24,053 nucleotides of DNA. Source: a virus (taxonomy: Duplodnaviria > Caudoviricetes). Shown piece by piece: positions 16,874 through 23,565 of the stretch (the stretch's first letter is position 1; the number at the start of each line of letters is the position of its first letter). The position numbers and the translations under genes are program-made. The notes under the pieces were generated by a model, which saw only the letters and a program-made list of their open reading frames with translations, was not told where the DNA came from and did not search any database. The stretch spans positions 1 through 24,053 of the IMG/VR virus record IMGVR_UViG_3300027656_000048, one strand, 5' to 3'.

Positions 16874-17170
16874 ATGCCAGCAATAGCAAGAATCGGAGAT
16901 TCAATCTCCACAGGTCACGGATGTGACGGAACCACTACGCTTACAGGGCCATCTGGTGATGTGTTTGTTAATGGATTAGGCGTTGAGCGCCAAGGCGATC
17001 CCACTGTGGTTCACAGATTGACTGGTACGGGCTGTTCAGTTTCTCATACTGCTGCGGTTAACTCGGGATCAGGCAGTGTATTTGTTAATGGTAAACCTAT
17101 TGCTCGAGTTGGCGACTCGGCTGATGCCGGTGCCATAACTTCAGGATCGGGTAGTGTATTTGCAGGTTAA
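16874..17170 (+). CDS. PAAR-domain spike-tip protein (T4 gp5.4-like)
   Basis: PAIARIGD, VFVNG...RQGD, VNGKPIARVGD, GSGSVF. Confidence 0.92.
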   Translation: MPAIARIGDSISTGHGCDGTTTLTGPSGDVFVNGLGVERQGDPTVVHRLTGTGCSVSHTAAVNSGSGSVFVNGKPIARVGDSADAGAITSGSGSVFAG

Positions 17171-17183
17171 CTACACAGTACAA

Positions 17184-17684
17184 ATGAACATTTATTTAGA
17201 CATGGATGAGGTTGTTGCAGATTGGCATGCTCATGCACAACAGGCTCTTAAAAAACGCTGGGATAAAAACGGTGACCGCATTCCACAGCACGAATGGAAC
17301 ATTGTCAAGAATGACATGCACTTCTATCGCAACTTGCCGGTAATGGAGGGCGCTCACGAATTGGTATCTATGTGCCAAGACTATATCAGACGTAATCCTC
17401 AATACACATTGCGATTCCTCACAGCATTGCCACATGACTACTCAATGCCTTTGGCTGTGAGTGACAAAATATGGTGGGCCAACGATCACTTCCCCGGAGT
17501 GCCAGTTACCATCGGACCTTATAGTTACGACAAATGGCGACATTGCAAAACGCCTGGTGACATCCTTATCGACGACAGACACAGCAACTGTCGTGAATGG
17601 GAATCTGCCGGTGGGTTAGCACACATTTTCACAACATGGGCTAACTGTAAGCCCTGGTTAGAGCAACAACTCAATCTACTATGA
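17184..17684 (+). CDS. HAD-family 5'(3')-deoxyribonucleotidase
   Basis: IYLDMDEVVAD, FLTA, K, ILIDDR...W...GG motifs. Confidence 0.85.
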   Translation: MNIYLDMDEVVADWHAHAQQALKKRWDKNGDRIPQHEWNIVKNDMHFYRNLPVMEGAHELVSMCQDYIRRNPQYTLRFLTALPHDYSMPLAVSDKIWWANDHFPGVPVTIGPYSYDKWRHCKTPGDILIDDRHSNCREWESAGGLAHIFTTWANCKPWLEQQLNLL

Positions 17685-17872
17685 ACAGTTTAGAAAAAGT
17701 TTGGGCAAGAGCCACCGGCCATTTGATGGGCCAAACAGACGAAGATCGTCCTGATACACCTATACTTACTTTAAAAGAAGCACGTACAGCGTTGTTTTTA
17801 AAGACGTTCTGGGTAATCATACACGTGATAACATGTTGTTTCATTATTGCAAACACAATACGTCATTGGTAA
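17681..17872 (+). CDS. small membrane protein (63 aa)
   Basis: ATGA coupling; hydrophobic C-terminus. Confidence 0.7.
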   Translation: MNSLEKVWARATGHLMGQTDEDRPDTPILTLKEARTALFLKTFWVIIHVITCCFIIANTIRHW

Positions 17873-17903
17873 TAACTAATATAACAAACAAGGAGACCAT
17901 AAC

Positions 17904-18107
17904 ATGGCTACAAACAAACACGCAGAATTCACAACAATCGTAGAAGCAATGACAGCAGACTTTGAAAAGTTTTATGACAAAGAAGTTGGCGCTGCCGGAA
18001 CTCGCGTTCGCAAGCATTGTCAAGATTTAGCAAAACTTTGCAAAGAAACTCGTAACGATGTTACCGCAGTTAAGAACGCAAGAGCCGAAGCAAAAGAAGC
18101 AAAATAA
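17904..18107 (+). CDS. Hc1-like (histone H1-like) nucleoid protein
   Basis: AAGGAG SD; DFEKF...AAGTRVRK...LAKLCKE-x-R core typical of short Hc1 homologues. Confidence 0.7.
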   Translation: MATNKHAEFTTIVEAMTADFEKFYDKEVGAAGTRVRKHCQDLAKLCKETRNDVTAVKNARAEAKEAK

Positions 18108-18122
18108 TAGCATAAATATCAT

Positions 18123-18509
18123 ATGGCATACAGCGACAAGGTCATTGACCATTACGAAAATCCACGCAATGTGGGATCATTTGCTAAAGACGATCCTACT
18201 GTGGGAACCGGTATGGTTGGTGCCCCGGCCTGCGGTGACGTGATGAAACTTCAAATTAAGGTTGATCATGATACAGGTATTATTACAGATGCGAAATTTA
18301 AAACGTATGGCTGCGGATCGGCTATCGCAAGTTCGAGTCTCATTACAGAATGGGTCAAAGGCATGCACATCGACCAAGCCGGAGCAATCAAAAACTCCGA
18401 CATTGCCGAAGAATTAGCATTGCCTCCTGTAAAGATACACTGTTCCATTTTAGCAGAAGATGCTATCAAGGCGGCTGTGGATGATTACCGTAACCGACAC
18501 AGCGGCTAA
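18123..18509 (+). CDS. iscU: Fe-S cluster scaffold IscU
   Basis: YSDKVIDHYENPRNVG, GAPACGD, YGCGSAIASSS, LPPVKIHCS. Confidence 0.97.
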   Translation: MAYSDKVIDHYENPRNVGSFAKDDPTVGTGMVGAPACGDVMKLQIKVDHDTGIITDAKFKTYGCGSAIASSSLITEWVKGMHIDQAGAIKNSDIAEELALPPVKIHCSILAEDAIKAAVDDYRNRHSG

Positions 18510-18807
18510 AAAAATCAAACAACAGTTGGCCAAACGTGGGCATGGCGTGGGTATCCGAATAGGTGTAAAAACCACTGGTTGCTCAGGTCTAGCCTATGTG
18601 TTGGAATACGTTGATGAATATGTAGCAGAAGTAGGTGTTACTAATTTTGCCCAAAAAGATTTTGTCTTGTTAGTAGATGCCAAAAGTCTAGCCTATTTGA
18701 ATGGATTAACAATGGATTGGGTTCGCAATGGACTCAATGAAGGCTTTGATTTTATCAATCCTAATGAACGTGATCGTTGCGGATGCGGCGAAAGTTTTAG
18801 AGTATGA
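18481..18807 (+). CDS. iscA: A-type Fe-S carrier IscA
   Basis: MITVTD start, TTGCSGLAY, GLNEGF, CGCGESF. Confidence 0.95.
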   Translation: MITVTDTAAKKIKQQLAKRGHGVGIRIGVKTTGCSGLAYVLEYVDEYVAEVGVTNFAQKDFVLLVDAKSLAYLNGLTMDWVRNGLNEGFDFINPNERDRCGCGESFRV

Positions 18808-19133
18808 AACACCATTGGTCAAGAGATGATACTCAATCTTGGATAGCACAGATGGAAAATCGTTTGGAAGATTTGAACTATTATCTTAATCGAACTATTG
18901 ACTGGGCCGAGCACCACGACGTGATTGACCAGGAAACAATTTTCACTTTGGGATTTGTCACAGTGCTTTGGGTGTGTCATATGCGCTCAGAAGAAGTATC
19001 TAAACGCGAAGTTTATGAACTTTTGGGCATATCGGGCTGGGAAACAGCAGAAGATCATGTGATGGAGTTGGGAGATCAACTCAGTGACCTGGATTATGAA
19101 GACATGTTGACCCTAGTAGCCAATCGATCATAA
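18804..19133 (+). CDS. hypothetical protein (109 aa)
   Basis: ATGA coupling to iscA. Confidence 0.75.
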   Translation: MKHHWSRDDTQSWIAQMENRLEDLNYYLNRTIDWAEHHDVIDQETIFTLGFVTVLWVCHMRSEEVSKREVYELLGISGWETAEDHVMELGDQLSDLDYEDMLTLVANRS

Positions 19134-19153
19134 TCTAAATATAGTCAAAACTA

Positions 19154-19182
19154 TTGACTGGTATGAGTATTTGTGTTACAAT
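19154..19182 (+). promoter_or_regulatory. sigma70-type promoter TTGACT-N17-TACAAT with extended -10 TG
   Basis: Hexamers at 19154-19159 and 19177-19182, TG at 19174-19175. Confidence 0.7.
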
Positions 19183-19211
19183 ACTCACATACTAACAACA
19201 GTTGGCGTATT

Positions 19212-19607
19212 ATGACTATGCATTTAGAAGGCCCGTGGCTGAGTACCATCGGCAAAAAGAAAGGCAAACAAAAATTTGCCTCTGCAGATCATGCTAGAAA
19301 GTCTAGAGAATTGGACGAATCTTGGAAAGAACTCCAAAAGAAATGGTCTGTGGAAATTGAAGATAGGAAACGTAAGCGAGCCATGAATGCCGCACCGTTG
19401 AAAGACTCTTACAGTCTTGCTATTCCAGAAGGCCGTAATACCACTGCTCATATTCCTAGTAGAGACACCGGCGGTAATGCTTTGTTAAAACCTAATCCTG
19501 TTTATACAGGAACCAAAGTCAAAGGCATTGCCACTATGCATAAAAGTAATGCAGTACCGGTATTCAGTGATGAAGAAGCAGTTGACATTTCAAAAATGCG
19601 TCGATAA
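19212..19607 (+). CDS. basic hypothetical phage protein
   Basis: Start at 19212 or 19218 (downstream of the promoter); C-terminal YTG...GIATMHKSNAVPVF motif familiar from T4-like phage hypotheticals. Confidence 0.75.
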   Translation: MTMHLEGPWLSTIGKKKGKQKFASADHARKSRELDESWKELQKKWSVEIEDRKRKRAMNAAPLKDSYSLAIPEGRNTTAHIPSRDTGGNALLKPNPVYTGTKVKGIATMHKSNAVPVFSDEEAVDISKMRR

Positions 19608-19654
19608 TCATCAGTTCTATGGTATATTTTGGATTTATATGGTATATATTAGAC

Positions 19655-19896
19655 GTTTCGCAAAGAAACTAAGATAGTTGACATGATGAAGATATCATCA
19701 AAATCATGTCCGCGGGTCTTGGCCAATGAGAAACCCGTATTTTCGGGAAGCCAAGGGTCGCCAAAGGTACTGAGTGTTATGAACTCAGTGGCTAATGGAG
19801 ACAACTACACGAAAGTAGGGTTCTTTCAGAGCCTCGTGAAGTTAACTCCCTTTATGTAATGTTGTAGTAATACAACACCAAGTCAAAGGAGGACTT
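19655..19896 (+). ncRNA. candidate structured cis-regulatory leader RNA upstream of cell-wall hydrolase
   Basis: Seven successive stems in the longest intergenic gap of the window, including a GNRA-capped 7-bp hairpin and an SD-containing hairpin. Confidence 0.6.
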
Positions 19897-20451
19897 ATGG
19901 AAAAATTATTTAGATTTACAGCCTATGTTATGGGCTTGGTTTTAGTAGTCATGTTGGTTCAAAATGTTACTCAAACCAAAATGGAAAAACTACGTGAGGG
20001 TCAGATGTTATTATCGCCTGATATTGTTTCGATCAAGACCAGAGAACGACAACTCGATTGTCTAGCAATGAATATCTATCGTGAAGCAGGACATGAAAAC
20101 TTTGAAGGCAAAGTAGCAGTAGCACAAGTCACTATGAACAGGGCGTCTCATCCCTCGTTCCCAAAAGATGTCTGTGCAGTTGTTTTTCAAAAATCAGTAT
20201 TTGTAGACAGGGTCATTTGCCAATTCTCATGGTACTGTGACACTGCTCATAAATCTAGACCAGTTAACCAGAGCGCATACAATGAAAGCATGGCTGTGGC
20301 TAAAAAGGTACTATTGGAAGGCTTTCGACTTGACGTAATGAAAGAAGCATTGTATTATCATGCTAACTACGTCAATCCTCAATGGAACTTAGAAAAAATT
20401 GGATCAATCGGTAATCACATCTTCTACAAAGGAAAGAAAACAAATGGTTAA
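19897..20451 (+). CDS. cell-wall hydrolase, SleB/Hydrolase_2 family, N-terminal signal anchor
   Basis: CLAMNIYREA, AVAQVTMNR, CQFSW, ALYYHANYVNPQW, IGNHIFY. Confidence 0.92.
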   Translation: MEKLFRFTAYVMGLVLVVMLVQNVTQTKMEKLREGQMLLSPDIVSIKTRERQLDCLAMNIYREAGHENFEGKVAVAQVTMNRASHPSFPKDVCAVVFQKSVFVDRVICQFSWYCDTAHKSRPVNQSAYNESMAVAKKVLLEGFRLDVMKEALYYHANYVNPQWNLEKIGSIGNHIFYKGKKTNG

Positions 20452-20779
20452 TTTAGATAAATTTAATCCGTTGCCTCATTTTGAAAATCTTCAAGAATTC
20501 AAAACTTGGGCTACGGCCAAGGTTAGTCATATCTCAGCAGAAACATTTGGTTGGCTAGCAGTCATCGTTTTACACGCTGCCACTGTTCCTAGCCTGCTAG
20601 CAGTAATGAGCGGGTTGACTGACAAAATGCCCGCAGTGGATCTTGTGCTGTTATGCTGGGGCGGTCTGACCCTGTTATTTGTCAAGGCCACAGTGCAAAA
20701 AGACATGCTCAACGTGGTTACTATCGGATTAGGGTTCATTATTCAAGCAGTAATGATGGCTTTGATCTTCTTTAAGTGA
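20444..20779 (+). CDS. small multi-pass membrane protein (3 TM; possible holin)
   Basis: AAAGGA SD before ATG 20444; three hydrophobic segments; overlaps hydrolase stop. Confidence 0.55.
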   Translation: MVNLDKFNPLPHFENLQEFKTWATAKVSHISAETFGWLAVIVLHAATVPSLLAVMSGLTDKMPAVDLVLLCWGGLTLLFVKATVQKDMLNVVTIGLGFIIQAVMMALIFFK

Positions 20780-20807
20780 CTAAATATTATATAAAGAGGA
20801 CCAGAAT

Positions 20808-21470
20808 ATGGCATCAGGATTTCAAAACACACAAGACCAACTAACACCAAATTTTTATCGCGTTTCTATTGATGCTAGCGGTTACAGCACCACCGCTGCC
20901 GATAACGATAGTGGCGGTGTAGAAGTTGATGATTTTAATTTTTTCAGCACACTGCCTACAACACTGAATATCAGTCGCCGTAGAGCACGTGGAAATTTAC
21001 GTTGGCAAGCAATTATAGACGAATTGAGCAGATTCAGTCAACCTATGATTTTAGATATTACCAGTTTAGAATCAGGACCTAGTGCATTAGACGTAGCGGA
21101 TGATGTCACTACCAGTTTAGCCTTTACCGTTGGTTATGCACAAGAAGAGTATGTGCTAGGTGGTTGGCAAAAAATCATTGGCGCTGGCACATTTAGCGAC
21201 GGTTCTACTACATTAACAACCAGCACATACGAAGCATTATCTGCAGCCAATTTGGCCACTGCTATGCAACACTGTATCGAAGAAGCAGTGACCAGAGGCA
21301 TTACTCGTGGTGGTTCCAGTGGTTACACTAAAACTTATAGAACTATGGATCCAACTGGCAATGACTCGTCATTTCAAGAAGCCATCACAATTACTCAACC
21401 GGACACACCGGCTAACGTTTGGGCTGATGTCTCAGTAGCGATTGAGGCTAATTTGACTCAGACTGCATAA
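20808..21470 (+). CDS. hypothetical late protein, possible virion component
   Basis: TAAATA 20781-20786, GAGGA SD; Ser/Thr/Asp-rich. Confidence 0.7.
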   Translation: MASGFQNTQDQLTPNFYRVSIDASGYSTTAADNDSGGVEVDDFNFFSTLPTTLNISRRRARGNLRWQAIIDELSRFSQPMILDITSLESGPSALDVADDVTTSLAFTVGYAQEEYVLGGWQKIIGAGTFSDGSTTLTTSTYEALSAANLATAMQHCIEEAVTRGITRGGSSGYTKTYRTMDPTGNDSSFQEAITITQPDTPANVWADVSVAIEANLTQTA

Positions 21471-21476
21471 CCAATA

Positions 21477-22655
21477 ATGATTTTAGCAGTGCTTTTGTTG
21501 GCCACTGGCCTGATTATATCAGCAGTGGCCATTTATTATTCTGTCATCGGACTTGCCGCCATTTTTGCCGCGGCCACGATTCCTATTTACATTATGGGCG
21601 GCAGTTTAGAAGTGGCCAAGTTAGTGTGTGCGGCATGGCTAAAAGCCAATTGGGATCGTGCTCCTGCGTTCATGAAAGTGTATATGACCACTGCGGTGTT
21701 GATATTGATGATCATCACTTCAATGGGCATCTTTGGATTTTTGAGTCAAGCCCACAGTGATCAAAGCCTTGTGTCAGGTGATGTGCAGAGTAAGATTGCA
21801 GTCTACGACGAAAAGATTAAAACAGCCAAGGACAATATAGATGCCAATCGCAAGGCGCTTAAACAGATGGATGAGGCTGTGGACCAAGTCATGGGTCGAA
21901 GTGCAGACGAAAAAGGTGCCGACAAAGCAGTCGCACTACGACGAACACAACAAAAAGAACGTGCTCGCCTTCAATCCGAGATTGTTGCCGAACAGAAAAC
22001 AGTTAGCACTCTTGCTGAACAGCGAGCGCCGATTGCCGCAGAAGTCCGTAAAGTAGAAGCCGAGGTAGGCCCTATCAAATATATTGCCGCCTTCATCTAC
22101 GGCAACAATCCAGATGCCAATGTGTTAGAAAAAGCAGTGACTTGGGTCATCATATTAATTGTGGCAGTGTTTGATCCATTAGCAGTTATTATGTTGTTGG
22201 CCGCACAAATGACTTTTGTTTGGATACGAGAACAAAAGCAACAAGAAGATGACGGTCTACTGCACAACACCGTCCCGTTGTTTGTTGCTGATGTTGGGAG
22301 ACCACCTGCTACAGAAGAAAAGAAACCAGATTACGAACCTGATGATGGCCCGTTAACTGAAGATCAAATCAAACAAATAAAAGAAACAGCCCCAGTGCCT
22401 ACAGAGCCAGTGGTTGAAAAATCTATTCTAGAAAACCATCCTTACCTAAGTAAGCCTTTTAATCATTTTACTGATACTACACCCATAGTTGCTAAATCTG
22501 AACCGATGTTAGAAACAGACTTTCCAAAGACAGAAGACAATGAGGCAGCGGAAGAAGCAGCCAAGTGGGCACAAGAACAAATCGACGATTCAAAAAAAAA
22601 GAGCAAATATATAATCAAGCACCAGAATCAGCAAGTCAAGAAAACCAAAGAGTAG
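21477..22655 (+). CDS. membrane protein: N-terminal TMs, coiled coil, further TM, Pro/Glu-rich tail
   Basis: Hydrophobic segments at N-terminus and VTWVIILIVAVFDPLAVIMLLAA; heptad region between. Confidence 0.8.
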   Translation: MILAVLLLATGLIISAVAIYYSVIGLAAIFAAATIPIYIMGGSLEVAKLVCAAWLKANWDRAPAFMKVYMTTAVLILMIITSMGIFGFLSQAHSDQSLVSGDVQSKIAVYDEKIKTAKDNIDANRKALKQMDEAVDQVMGRSADEKGADKAVALRRTQQKERARLQSEIVAEQKTVSTLAEQRAPIAAEVRKVEAEVGPIKYIAAFIYGNNPDANVLEKAVTWVIILIVAVFDPLAVIMLLAAQMTFVWIREQKQQEDDGLLHNTVPLFVADVGRPPATEEKKPDYEPDDGPLTEDQIKQIKETAPVPTEPVVEKSILENHPYLSKPFNHFTDTTPIVAKSEPMLETDFPKTEDNEAAEEAAKWAQEQIDDSKKKSKYIIKHQNQQVKKTKE

Positions 22656-22930
22656 AATATGTGCAAAATGCTGAACAACAAAATACCACTCTATGGAATC
22701 GCATAAAACGACACGATATATTTTTAGCCAGAGATAGAATAACACGTGAGTTTTCTTTAGATAAGTTTGATGGTATCATAAATATTGTCACCGACGAGAA
22801 AACTCAACAGTTTATGAAAGATTTTAGAATAGACAAAACTAGAATTTCCACATACTCTGAAGACGAATTAGAACACTTTGCATATTACATTTATGAATCT
22901 AGGAAAACTCAATCTAATAACACCGCCTGA
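22565..22930 (+). CDS. ORF overlapping upstream gene in -1 frame; probable frameshift extension from 22595
   Basis: No SD-led start; entered at TCA AAA AAA AAG (22590-22601); fills otherwise empty 22656-22892. Confidence 0.55.
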   Translation: MGTRTNRRFKKKEQIYNQAPESASQENQRVEYVQNAEQQNTTLWNRIKRHDIFLARDRITREFSLDKFDGIINIVTDEKTQQFMKDFRIDKTRISTYSEDELEHFAYYIYESRKTQSNNTA

Positions 22931-23300
22931 TAAATTGTTCAATCAAAATATCAACTACTTGTTAATCAAACCCAGTACTGAGACTAAGATTCAGTTTCAA
23001 CAGATATTATCACAATTGGTAGATGATATAAACGTTTTTATATTTGACGAAAACGAAACTGACTTAGATTGGATGTTGAGTGTGTCGCATCAATGCGATG
23101 CAGTGATTATTGACATTGACAATTGTGACCTGATCACAAAAAGTTTTGTGAGTTATCTGTTGTCCTTCCCATATGTTCATTATCTAACCAATGACGAAAC
23201 CACGCCGTGGAAATTTATCAGCAAAAATAGAATTTACAATTTGGACATTTTGATTCAAGCAGAAGAAGAAGATGACGAGGAAGAAATCGATGAAGAATAA
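22893..23300 (+). CDS. hypothetical protein with acidic C-terminal tail
   Basis: ORF from first ATG; alternating beta/alpha pattern. Confidence 0.7.
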   Translation: MNLGKLNLITPPDKLFNQNINYLLIKPSTETKIQFQQILSQLVDDINVFIFDENETDLDWMLSVSHQCDAVIIDIDNCDLITKSFVSYLLSFPYVHYLTNDETTPWKFISKNRIYNLDILIQAEEEDDEEEIDEE

Positions 23301-23523
23301 TCATCTCAAAGGCACTGTTGTAGTTGTAAAGGATGGCGAGGATTTTAATCGTGCTCTGCGCCGTTTTAAAAATAAAGTAGAAGACAGCGGTAAATTGAAA
23401 GATATTCAAAAGAAAGAATTCTACGAAAAACCCACCACAGAGCGTAAGCGTAAAAAAGGTGCCGCACGAGCACGTTGGCGCAAGCAGATGGAAAAAGAGC
23501 AATTACCTAAAAAAATGTATTGA
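23290..23523 (+). CDS. rpsU: ribosomal protein bS21
   Basis: GAGGA SD; VKDGEDFNRALRRFK...G...EFYEKPTTERKRKK. Confidence 0.92.
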   Translation: MKNNHLKGTVVVVKDGEDFNRALRRFKNKVEDSGKLKDIQKKEFYEKPTTERKRKKGAARARWRKQMEKEQLPKKMY

Positions 23524-23548
23524 CATATTGCCCTATACTGTGTATAAT
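23520..23548 (+). promoter_or_regulatory. perfect sigma70 promoter TTGACA-N17-TATAAT
   Basis: TTGACA 23520-23525, TATAAT 23543-23548. Confidence 0.9.
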
Positions 23549-23565
23549 CTAGTATAGGAGGCGTA

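Noticed and set aside
19728-19795. Resemblance to c-di-GMP-I riboswitch (GAGAAACCCG...CGGGAAGCCAAGG)
   Set aside because: Lacks GGCAAA, GNRA tetraloop/receptor and GACGCAAAGC core; kept only as unknown structured RNA.
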